DNA of 64,000 nt from Candidatus Marinacidobacterales bacterium. GTDB taxonomy: Bacteria; Acidobacteriota; Vicinamibacteria; Marinacidobacterales; SMYC01. Below the pieces are notes generated by a model, which searched no databases, was not told the DNA's origin, and worked only from the letters and a program-made list of their open reading frames with translations. The translations under genes were made by a program, and so were the position numbers. Shown here in pieces: positions 32,323 to 40,975 of this stretch (the stretch's first letter is position 1; every line of letters starts with the position of its first letter). The stretch spans positions 6,304,001-6,368,000 of the forward strand of contig OZ250169.1 in the NCBI GenBank assembly GCA_965237955.1, written 5' to 3'.

Positions 32323-32928
32323 TTATGCCAAGGAGCGAACCAGGCCCACAACGACGCCTCGCACTTGCACCGACGCGGCGTCGGCCAGGATCGGGGAGTA
32401 GCGATCGTTCGCCGGGCGAAGCTCGATTTGATCTCCCTGCCGATAGAATCGCTTGACCGTGGCTTCACCTTCCACGAGCGCCACGACCATCTGCCCCGCT
32501 TCCGCGGTCTCACGCTGCTGCACGACCAGCAGGTCGCCTTCGCGAATGCCGTCATCCACCATGCTGTCGCCGGTCACGCGCAACGCAAAATGCTCTCCTC
32601 GCCGCAACAACGACTCGGGTACATCCACCGTCTCCGGAATCTCCTCGGAGTCGAGGGGAACACCCGCGACAACGGAGCCCAACAACGGGAGCTTCGCCGC
32701 CTTGGGCGCCTCCTCGCGTTCGACGATCTCGAGTGCTCGCTTCTGATTCTTCCACGGCGAGCGGATGAATCCTTTTCGGTGTAGCTGCAGGAGGTGCTTC
32801 CGGGCCGAGTTCAACGACGCAAAGCCGAACTCTTGCCGGATCTCCTCGTACGAAGGCGGCATCCCGTGCTCGCGTCGATAGTCTTTCAAGAACTGTAAAA
32901 CTGCACGTTGTTTTGGTGTCAAGTCCAT
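32323..32928 (-). CDS. lexA: SOS repressor LexA
   Basis: LTPKQ..PPSYEEI wHTH, VAG cleavage site, GDSM and TVK catalytic residues. Confidence 0.95.
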   Translation of the reverse strand: MDLTPKQRAVLQFLKDYRREHGMPPSYEEIRQEFGFASLNSARKHLLQLHRKGFIRSPWKNQKRALEIVEREEAPKAAKLPLLGSVVAGVPLDSEEIPETVDVPESLLRRGEHFALRVTGDSMVDDGIREGDLLVVQQRETAEAGQMVVALVEGEATVKRFYRQGDQIELRPANDRYSPILADAASVQVRGVVVGLVRSLA

Positions 32929-33059
32929 GGTGGCGCTAGCATAGGTGAAAGTAGGGTATATCTGCAACCGCAAAATATAGTAGTTCCTGCTGACATACAC
33001 CCCCATATATTGCGGTCCAGACGGTTGGAATCTTTTTCTACACCGCTGGTATACCCCGC

Positions 33060-33890
33060 ATGAGCCAAAGCCGAGATCCCCGGAGCTACCAAATCGCGAC
33101 CCTCGTCGCCCTGGTCGTGTACGGCCTCATCGGATTGGATCTCGAGATCCAACCGGGGATGGCGTTCACCATTCTGATCGTCGCCCTGGCGGCGCAGCTC
33201 GCAGGCACCCGTCTCGCCGGACTCCCCCGCTTCGACCCCAAGAGCGCGCTCATCTCGTCGCTGTCTTTGTGTCTTCTGCTGCGAACCGATTCGCTCGTGC
33301 TCGCGGCCATCACGGCGGTGGTCACGATCGCGAGCAAGTTCCTTTTGCGTATCGACGACCGACACATGTTCAACCCAACCAACTTCGGACTGGCCGTGAT
33401 GATGGCTCTGGGCACGAGTGTCTGGGTGTCTCCGGGCCAATGGGGCGCCGGAGCCTTCTTCGCGTTTCTTCTCGCCGGTTGCGGTGGCCTCGTGATCCGC
33501 CGCGCGGCGCGAAGCGACGTCACCTACGCCTTCATCGGTTTCTATAGCGCGATCGTCTTCGCCCGTGCAGCGTTTCTCGGCGACCCCCTCGCGATTCCCC
33601 TTCACCATCTTCAAAACGGCGCGTTCCTCTTGTTCGCGTTCTTCATGATCTCGGATCCCAAGACGACGCCCGATTCCCGAGCCGGCCGTATCGTGTTTGC
33701 TCTCATGGTCGCCCTCGGAGCCGGCTTGGTTCATTTCGTCTTGTTCCAACCGAACGGATTGCTTTGGTCTCTCGTCCTCTCGGCCCCTATCACCCCTTTG
33801 TTGAACCGGCTGCTTCCCGGCCCGCTTTACCAGTGGCACGCGCCTTCGGCGACACCAGCCGAAACATTTTCCGGAAGGAGCTTCGCATGA
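33060..33890 (+). CDS. Stand-alone RnfD/NqrB-like membrane protein
   Basis: KSALISSLSL.LLL, SKF..HMFNP.NFG, FFMISDPKTTP; 276 aa with no recognisable flavinylation loop. Confidence 0.8.
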   Translation: MSQSRDPRSYQIATLVALVVYGLIGLDLEIQPGMAFTILIVALAAQLAGTRLAGLPRFDPKSALISSLSLCLLLRTDSLVLAAITAVVTIASKFLLRIDDRHMFNPTNFGLAVMMALGTSVWVSPGQWGAGAFFAFLLAGCGGLVIRRAARSDVTYAFIGFYSAIVFARAAFLGDPLAIPLHHLQNGAFLLFAFFMISDPKTTPDSRAGRIVFALMVALGAGLVHFVLFQPNGLLWSLVLSAPITPLLNRLLPGPLYQWHAPSATPAETFSGRSFA

Positions 33891-35230
33891 AACGTTCCAT
33901 GACACTGCTCGGGGCATCGCTCGTCTGCGCTCTCATGTGGTCGAGTCCAACCGTCCGAGCCTTTTGCGGCTTCTACGTCGCGAAAGCAGATGTCGAGCTC
34001 TTCAACCAGGCGTCGCAAGTCGTTCTCGTCCGGCACCGCGACAAGACCGTCATCACCATGGTCAACGACTTTCGAGGCGAGCCGAAAGAGTTCGCGATGG
34101 TGGTTCCCGTACCGACGTTCATCGAGCGGGAGCAGATCCATGTGACCAACAATGCGCTCATCGATCATCTCGATGCGTTCACGTCGCCGCGTCTCGTCGA
34201 GTACTTCGATGGCGACCCGTGCATGCGCGTCGAGGAATACGACTTCGCGACGACTAACGGGGTACGACGATCGCGCGGCGCGGCCGGGAAACGAGCGCGC
34301 GCCAATGCCCTCGGCGTTAACATCGAAGCGCAGTACATCGTGGGCGAGTACGACATCATCATCCTCTCCGCGGAACAGTCCGATGGACTGCAGACGTGGC
34401 TCGAAGAGAACGGCTACCGCACACCGCCAGGTGCATCGCGTGTGCTCGCGAGCTACATCCGCCAAAACGTTCGCTTCTTCGTCGCCAAGGTCAACTTGAA
34501 AGAGCAGTCGAGGCTCGGGTTCAACTCCTTGAGGCCACTTCAGGTCGCGTTCGAATCGCCCAAGTTCATGCTCCCCATCCGGCTCGGCACCATCAACGCC
34601 AACGGACCTCAAGATCTCGTTCTCTACACGCTCACGCGCAACGGGCGGGTCGAGACCACGAACTACCGAACGGTCAAGCTCCCGACCGGCATGAACGTTC
34701 CCGTGTTCACGAAAAACGAGTTCGGCGACTTCTACAAGGCGATGTTTGCCGAGCAAGTCCGCAAAGAGAACATGCGCAGCGTCTTCCTCGAATACGCCTG
34801 GGACATGTCGTGGTGCGACCCGTGTGCCGCCGACCCGCTGTCCTCGAGCCAACTCCGCGAGCTCGGCGTGTTCTGGATCGGCGATAACGTCGCAACCCGC
34901 CGCGGCAAAGCGGGTGCTCAGAACGCGTTCGTCACTCGGCTTCACGTCCGCTACGACGGCGAGCACTTCCCGGAAGACCTCGTTTTCCAGGAAACCTCGG
35001 ACCGAAGCAACTTCCAAGGCCGCTACGTATTGCAGCACCCGTACCAGGGTGCGATCACGTGCGGCGCCGACGGCTGCCTCCAGCAAGTCCGCGAGCGCGA
35101 AGAGCGCGAGGCACAGACGCTGGCGTCTCTCACCGGGTGGGACATCCGGGACATTCGCACGAAGATGAACCTCGATAGCAAGCCTCAACGTCAAGGCAGC
35201 TGGTGGCAGCGCCTGTGGAAACAGAACTAA
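33887..35230 (+). CDS. DUF2330-like exported protein, copy A
   Basis: Signal peptide then AFCGFYV, FAMVVPVP, TSPRLVEY, VGEYDI, WL..NGY, FFVAKV, PIRLG, WCDPC, TRLH.RY. Confidence 0.8.
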   Translation: MKRSMTLLGASLVCALMWSSPTVRAFCGFYVAKADVELFNQASQVVLVRHRDKTVITMVNDFRGEPKEFAMVVPVPTFIEREQIHVTNNALIDHLDAFTSPRLVEYFDGDPCMRVEEYDFATTNGVRRSRGAAGKRARANALGVNIEAQYIVGEYDIIILSAEQSDGLQTWLEENGYRTPPGASRVLASYIRQNVRFFVAKVNLKEQSRLGFNSLRPLQVAFESPKFMLPIRLGTINANGPQDLVLYTLTRNGRVETTNYRTVKLPTGMNVPVFTKNEFGDFYKAMFAEQVRKENMRSVFLEYAWDMSWCDPCAADPLSSSQLRELGVFWIGDNVATRRGKAGAQNAFVTRLHVRYDGEHFPEDLVFQETSDRSNFQGRYVLQHPYQGAITCGADGCLQQVREREEREAQTLASLTGWDIRDIRTKMNLDSKPQRQGSWWQRLWKQN

Positions 35231-35242
35231 AGGAGCACCAAA

Positions 35243-36580
35243 ATGAAACGTCTACTCACCATCACCGCGCTCGTGAGCGCATTGGTGGCTGCAGCTATGA
35301 CGCCCGGCGTGCGCGCCTTCTGCGGCTTCTACGTCGCCAAAGCAGACGCCGAGCTCTTCAACAATTCCTCACAAGTCGTCCTCGTGCGCCACGATGACAA
35401 GACGGTCATCACCATGGTTAACGATTTTCAAGGCGACCCGAAAGAGTTCGCGCTCGTGGTCCCGGTGCCGACCTTCATCGAGCGCGAACAGATCCACGTC
35501 GCCAACAAGGCGCTCGTCGACCACCTCGACGCGTTCACGTCGCCTCGGCTCGTCGAGTACTTCGACCAGGATCCCTGTAGCGTATACCCGATGTCACGAC
35601 GGATGAGCCGCGCGCCAGCGTGGCTGGCCTTGGAATCCGGCCGCGACGTGAAAGCGAACGCACTCGGCGTGAAGATCGAAGCGGAATATACCGTCGGCGA
35701 GTACGACATCATCATCCTATCCGCCGAGCAGTCCGATGGCCTGCAGAGGTGGCTCGACGAGAACGGCTATCGCACACCGCCGGGCGCCTCCCGCGTGCTC
35801 GCGAGCTACATCCGCCAAAACGTTCGTTTCTTCGTGGCCAAGGTCAACCTGAAAGAGCAATCGAAGCTCGGGTTCAGCTACTTGAGACCGCTCCAAGTCG
35901 CGTTCGAGTCGCCGAAGTTCATGCTTCCCATCCGGCTCGGAACCATCAACGCCAACGGTCCACAAGATCTCGTCCTCTACACGCTCACGCGCAACGGGCG
36001 CGTCGAGACCACGAACTACCGCACGGTGAAGCTTCCGACCGGCATGGACCTTCCTGTATTCGTCAAAAACGAGTTTGGCGATTTCTACAAAGCGATGTTC
36101 AACCAGCAAGTCCGCAAAGAGAACATGCGAAGCGTTTTCCTCGAGTACGCCTGGGACATGTCGTGGTGCGACCCCTGTGCCGCCGACCCGCTGTCCTCGA
36201 GCCAACTCCGCGAGCTCGGCGTGTTCTGGATCGGCGATAACGTCGCCCCACGCCGCGGCAAAGCGGGTGCTCAGAACGCGTTCGTCACTCGGCTTCACGT
36301 CCGCTACGACGGCGAGCACTTCCCGGAAGACCTCGTTTTCCAGGAAACCTCGGACCGAAGCAACTTCCAGGGCCGCTACGTCCTCCGCCACCCGTTCACG
36401 GGAGAGATGACGTGTGGCGCCGACGGCTACCGCCAGCAAGTGAGCCAACGACAGGAGCGAGAAGCGCAGACGCTCGCGTCGCTCACCGGCTGGGACGTCG
36501 CGGACATCCGCAACCAGATGAACCTTAGTGGCGCAAGCCCCGCCGAAGGCAGCTGGTGGGAGCGCCTGTGGAAGAACTGA
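35243..36580 (+). CDS. DUF2330-like exported protein, copy B (tandem paralog)
   Basis: Same motifs as copy A, with long identical protein and DNA stretches. Confidence 0.8.
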   Translation: MKRLLTITALVSALVAAAMTPGVRAFCGFYVAKADAELFNNSSQVVLVRHDDKTVITMVNDFQGDPKEFALVVPVPTFIEREQIHVANKALVDHLDAFTSPRLVEYFDQDPCSVYPMSRRMSRAPAWLALESGRDVKANALGVKIEAEYTVGEYDIIILSAEQSDGLQRWLDENGYRTPPGASRVLASYIRQNVRFFVAKVNLKEQSKLGFSYLRPLQVAFESPKFMLPIRLGTINANGPQDLVLYTLTRNGRVETTNYRTVKLPTGMDLPVFVKNEFGDFYKAMFNQQVRKENMRSVFLEYAWDMSWCDPCAADPLSSSQLRELGVFWIGDNVAPRRGKAGAQNAFVTRLHVRYDGEHFPEDLVFQETSDRSNFQGRYVLRHPFTGEMTCGADGYRQQVSQRQEREAQTLASLTGWDVADIRNQMNLSGASPAEGSWWERLWKN

Positions 36581-36632
36581 CATGCTGTGAGACATTCCCG
36601 CCGCCAGCGCCCGGTGAGCTAACGTGGGGGGT

Positions 36633-37157
36633 ATGAACTTCGACCTCGAACGAACTTTCGAAATCTTGGAACGAACCCCGGAAGCCCTGTCCGCTCTCCT
36701 GACAGGGCTTTCGGACGAGTGGCTACTCAGAAACGAAGGAGCCGACACCTTCAGCCCGAAAGACGTCGTCGGCCACCTCATTGCCGGTGAAGAGACCGAC
36801 TGGGTAGAAAGGACCGAGATCATCCTCGAGCACGGCGTCGATCGCCCGTTCACGCCGTTCGACCGTTTCAGCTTCCGCAAGGACTACAAGGACGACTCGC
36901 TCGCCGAGTTGCTCGAGAAGTTTCGTGAGCTCCGCTCGAGAAACCTCGACCGCATTCGTGGTCTCGAGCTCGACGAGACCAAGCTCGAGCTCGAGGGGAC
37001 GCACCCCGAGCTCGGCAAGGTCCGGCTTCGCCAGCTACTCGCCACGTGGGCGTTCACGATCTCGGCCACATCCGCCAAATCACGCGGGTGATGGCGAAGC
37101 TAGTACCGCGACGCCGTCGGCCCGTGGAGGCAGTACTTGCGGGTATTGGAAGAGTAG
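36633..37157 (+). CDS. DinB/YfiT family metalloprotein (two 1-nt indels near 37050 and 37100)
   Basis: LERTP..VVGHLI..DWVER..GTHPELG..QLLATW(A)VHDLGHIRQI..VGPW. Confidence 0.8.
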
Positions 37158-37301
37158 CGGCTACGCAACTCGAAGGGCTGTATCGGCCCATCATGAAACG
37201 ACTACTCGCGGTCTGCCTAGCGTACTGCATACCGCTCGGAGCCCACTTTGAACTCCTGCACGTCGCGCCAGCGCCGCCCTTATATAATGTGGGGCGACAC
37301 C

Positions 37302-39332
37302 ATGCATCGCATCCAACCAGCAAAGGTGAATCCTGGCGCCTCGACCGAAACCGCGAGAACGGAAAACACCGCGACCGCGGCACGAGCGTCGAATCGCCTC
37401 GAGGGCAGAGCCCTCATCTTCTGGGACCCAAAGCGTCCGGACGCAAAGCTCGACGCCATCGATACCGACCAAATCACGCCGGCGAAAGACTGCGTCTCCG
37501 AGAGCCTCGACTCCTTGGACGAGAAATGGAAAGAGGGCGCGTTTCGCTACCTCATGCCGGATTTCCGGAAGCGGGTGCACGCGGGCGAAACGTTCGTCAT
37601 CGCCGGCGACCGCTTCGCCATCGGCTCGTCCCGTGAGATGAGCCCGGCGGGACTCAAAGCCGTCGCCGAGGAGGTCGGACTCGAACTGGTCATCGTCTGT
37701 GGCGACAACATGGGCGACATCTTCCGCCGGAACGCGTTCAACCTCGGCCTCGAGGTCGTCCAAGCGCCCGACGCCGTTCGAGACGCAAAAGACGGCGACA
37801 CGTTCGCTTACCATCCGGATTCGCGCAAGCTCGACAACATCACCCAATCCAAGAGCTACGAGCCGCTACCTCTCACCGCAAAAGAAGACGAGATCCGCCG
37901 CTCCGGTGGGATCTTCGCGGTGGGTCGACGGGAGTTTCCCGCTTCGGTTGCCACCGAGCCTTCGATCGAGTGGCCCGACGACGAAACCGCTCGTCGACTC
38001 ACGACGACCGAGCAAATCATCTGGGCGCATCGGGTCGACAAAGACGCCGAGGTCAAGCCTGGACAGACGCTGCGAGTCTACGCGGACCTTCTCCCCGCGT
38101 CCGATGGGACCGCACCCTTCGCGATCCACACGTTCAACCAGATCACCGGGGGCGGCACGATCTATCCGCGCCAGGCCGCCGTCGCCAACGACCATTTCGT
38201 GTTCACCGGGCTCGACGCGGACGACAAACAAACCGCGATCGGACGCGAGTTCGCGGCCCAGCAAGGAATGGTCAAGCCTTATTACTCGACGCCCGGGGAC
38301 GGCATCTTTCACTTTTACTTTCCCGAGCAGGGACTCATCCTGCCCGGACAGTTCGTTCCCGGCGCCGACTCCCATAGCCGCGCATATGGCGCGTACGGCG
38401 CGATCGGCATCGGTGTGGGCTCGACCACGCTCGGCTTCGGCTGGTCCACCGGCTACATTTACGCAACACTCGCGAAAGCGCGCCGCGTTGTGTTCCAACG
38501 CGAGCTGCAACCGTGGGTCAGCGGAAAGGATATCGTCCTCGCGCTTCTCGAACGCTGGGGCGCGGCGCAATCGCAGGGCATGTCGGTGGAGTTCGTCGAC
38601 GCCAACCAGGAGCTCCCGATCGCCTATCGCAACACCATCTGCAACATGATGGCGGAAGGAGAAGCGCAAAACGGTATTTTCGCGCAGGACGACGTGACCT
38701 ACGAGTGGTATCGAGACAACGGTATCACCGAGCTTCCGTACCCCCGCATCCAACCGGGCGCGTACGCTCGTTACGAGATCGATGAAAGCCTCGACCTCTC
38801 GGAGGTCGTGCCGATGATTGCGAAACCGTTCTCCCCCGGCAACGCTTTTCGGGCCGACGACGTCGCCAAAGAACACCTCGAGTTCGACAAGGCGTACATC
38901 GGCTCGTGCACCAACGGGAGCTACCAGGATCTTCTCCAAGCCGCTCTCGTCCTCTTCGCCGCGGCCAAGAACGGCCACGCCAAAGTCGCGTGTGATTTCG
39001 TGATTTTCCCGGGCTCCGGTGGCGTCAAAAAACAGATCGAACGGCCGGAGCCACGCCTCGACGGCGAGTCGATTGCGAACGTGCTTCGCGCCGCGGGCGG
39101 GCAGATCCGCGATTCGTGGTGCGGACCGTGTTTCGGCCAGGGCGCCGACGCTCTCGAGGAAGGGGAAAAAGCGATCACGACGTTCAACCGCAACTGGCAA
39201 AACCGCATGGGCGTTGGCGGGCTCGGTTTCCTCGCAAGCCCCGCCGTCGTCGCGGCATCGGCGCTCCTCGGCTACATGGCCCCACCGAGCGAGCTAGGCC
39301 TCGCGTGGAGCGCAGAGGAGTTCGGTGTTTAA
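37302..39332 (+). CDS. Aconitase-family hydro-lyase with small (swivel) subunit fused N-terminal to the large subunit (LeuD-LeuC/HacB-HacA order)
   Basis: IDTDQITP, GSSRE and IFRRNAFNLG, then TTTEQI, DH, GADSH, GKD, IGSCTNG, CGPCFG, NRN. Confidence 0.85.
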   Translation: MHRIQPAKVNPGASTETARTENTATAARASNRLEGRALIFWDPKRPDAKLDAIDTDQITPAKDCVSESLDSLDEKWKEGAFRYLMPDFRKRVHAGETFVIAGDRFAIGSSREMSPAGLKAVAEEVGLELVIVCGDNMGDIFRRNAFNLGLEVVQAPDAVRDAKDGDTFAYHPDSRKLDNITQSKSYEPLPLTAKEDEIRRSGGIFAVGRREFPASVATEPSIEWPDDETARRLTTTEQIIWAHRVDKDAEVKPGQTLRVYADLLPASDGTAPFAIHTFNQITGGGTIYPRQAAVANDHFVFTGLDADDKQTAIGREFAAQQGMVKPYYSTPGDGIFHFYFPEQGLILPGQFVPGADSHSRAYGAYGAIGIGVGSTTLGFGWSTGYIYATLAKARRVVFQRELQPWVSGKDIVLALLERWGAAQSQGMSVEFVDANQELPIAYRNTICNMMAEGEAQNGIFAQDDVTYEWYRDNGITELPYPRIQPGAYARYEIDESLDLSEVVPMIAKPFSPGNAFRADDVAKEHLEFDKAYIGSCTNGSYQDLLQAALVLFAAAKNGHAKVACDFVIFPGSGGVKKQIERPEPRLDGESIANVLRAAGGQIRDSWCGPCFGQGADALEEGEKAITTFNRNWQNRMGVGGLGFLASPAVVAASALLGYMAPPSELGLAWSAEEFGV

Positions 39333-40972
39333 TGAAATCTTTCGTTCCTGCTGAGTACCAACCTGCCCTTCCCGTCGACGAGCTCATGCACGAGGACAAG
39401 CCCGACGCCGAAGCCGTTCCCATGGACGTCGTGTTCGTCGGCGGCGGACCGGCTGGTCTCGCGGGCGCGATCGAGCTCGCCAAGCTCGCGAAAAACGACC
39501 CCGAGCTCGGTGAGATCGAGATCGGCGTGCTCGAAAAATCGGAAGAGCTCGGCCAGCATTGTTTGTCCGGCGCTGTGGTCAACCCGGTCGCGTTTCGCGA
39601 GCTCTTTCCCGATCTTTCCGATACCGACTTCCCGTTTCGCACCAGAGTCGACAAAGAGCGGGTCTACTTCGTGACCGAGTCCGGCTCGATACGCATTCCG
39701 ACACCGCCGACGATGCAAAACCACGGTAACTACGTCGCATCGATTTCGGAAGTGGTCCGATGGCTCGGAGGCAAAGCCGAAGCGGCAGGGGTAAACCTCT
39801 TCACCGGTTTTCCCGCTGACTCCCTTCTCGTCGAGGGAAACCGCGTCGTCGGTGTGCGTACGACACCGGGCGGACTGACGAAAGACGGCAAGCCCGGCGG
39901 GAGCTACATGCCCCCGACCGACGTGACCGCTCGCGTCACGGTGCTTGCGGAAGGCACCCGCGGTCCGCTGACGCAGGCGTATCTGCAAAAGCTCGCAATC
40001 GCATCGCCGAACCCTCAAACCTTCGCTCTCGGCGTGAAGGAGCTCTGGGAGATCAAGCGCCCGCTCGACACCGTCATCCACACCCTGGGCTGGCCGCTAC
40101 CACGGGATGCGTTCGGGGGGAGTTTTTTCTACCCGCTTGCCGATAACCTCGCCGCCATCGGCCTCGTGGTGGGACTCGACTATCAAGATTCATCGCTGGA
40201 CGTGCACGCGCTCTTACAGGATGTGAAGGGCCATCCGCTGTTCCGCCCCTATATCGAAGGCGGCGAGATGCTCGAGTGGGGAGCGAAGACGATTCCCGAG
40301 GGCGGCTACTATTCCCTTCCCGAGCGGCTCCATGGCGATGGGCTGCTCATGGTCGGCGACGCCGTCGGTTTCGTGGACGTGCCTTCGCTCAAAGGCATCC
40401 ACTATGCGATGCAATCCGGCATGCTCGCCGCACGATCGATTTACGACGCGCTCAAGAAAAACGATACGTCGGCCGCGGCGCTATCCTCGTACGACACCGC
40501 GATCCACGACAGTTTCATCCGACGCGACATGTACAAAACGCGCAACATGCGCCTCGGATTCAAATCAGGCTTTTACGTCGGCGGCTTCAAGGCAGGCATG
40601 ATGACGGTGACCGGCGGCGCCGCTTTCGGCGGCAAGATAGACGTCGAAGAAGATGCCGCCGAGGCGAAGACCGTTACGCCGTCACGAAAGCTCGAGGCAG
40701 ACGGCGAGCTCACGTTCAGCAAACTGGACGGTGTGTTCCGATCGGGTAACAACACCCGAGACGACATGCCATCTCATCTGAGTGCGCAAGAGGTTCCCGC
40801 CGACGTCGCGCAATTCTACGTGGACATGTGTCCGGCCGCGGTGTACGAACGGCAAGGCGACGATCTCGTCGTCAATTTTTCCAACTGTGTCGACTGCAAA
40901 ACTACAGACGTGCTCGGCCCGAGGTGGCGCCCACGTGAGGGCGGTGCGGGAACGAAGTATAGGAGGATGTAA
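39332..40972 (+). CDS. Electron-transfer flavoprotein-quinone oxidoreductase (ETF-QO)
   Basis: DVVFVGGGPAG, LSGAV, LGVKELW, HTLGWPL, KTIPEGG, KGIHYAM, C-terminal ferredoxin CPA..CVDCKT. Confidence 0.88.
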   Translation: MKSFVPAEYQPALPVDELMHEDKPDAEAVPMDVVFVGGGPAGLAGAIELAKLAKNDPELGEIEIGVLEKSEELGQHCLSGAVVNPVAFRELFPDLSDTDFPFRTRVDKERVYFVTESGSIRIPTPPTMQNHGNYVASISEVVRWLGGKAEAAGVNLFTGFPADSLLVEGNRVVGVRTTPGGLTKDGKPGGSYMPPTDVTARVTVLAEGTRGPLTQAYLQKLAIASPNPQTFALGVKELWEIKRPLDTVIHTLGWPLPRDAFGGSFFYPLADNLAAIGLVVGLDYQDSSLDVHALLQDVKGHPLFRPYIEGGEMLEWGAKTIPEGGYYSLPERLHGDGLLMVGDAVGFVDVPSLKGIHYAMQSGMLAARSIYDALKKNDTSAAALSSYDTAIHDSFIRRDMYKTRNMRLGFKSGFYVGGFKAGMMTVTGGAAFGGKIDVEEDAAEAKTVTPSRKLEADGELTFSKLDGVFRSGNNTRDDMPSHLSAQEVPADVAQFYVDMCPAAVYERQGDDLVVNFSNCVDCKTTDVLGPRWRPREGGAGTKYRRM

Positions 40973-40975
40973 TTT

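Noticed and set aside
32929-33059. LexA (SOS) box upstream of lexA
   Set aside because: No known box was recognised. The ACCGCAA/TTGCGGT inverted pair is widely spaced and not shared with the uvrB upstream region.
33827-39200. Long antisense ORFs (e.g. 33827-35194, 35717-36880, 37866-39200; likewise 48527-50032)
   Set aside because: They are shadow ORFs expected from high-GC codon bias opposite well-supported genes, with no recognisable motifs.
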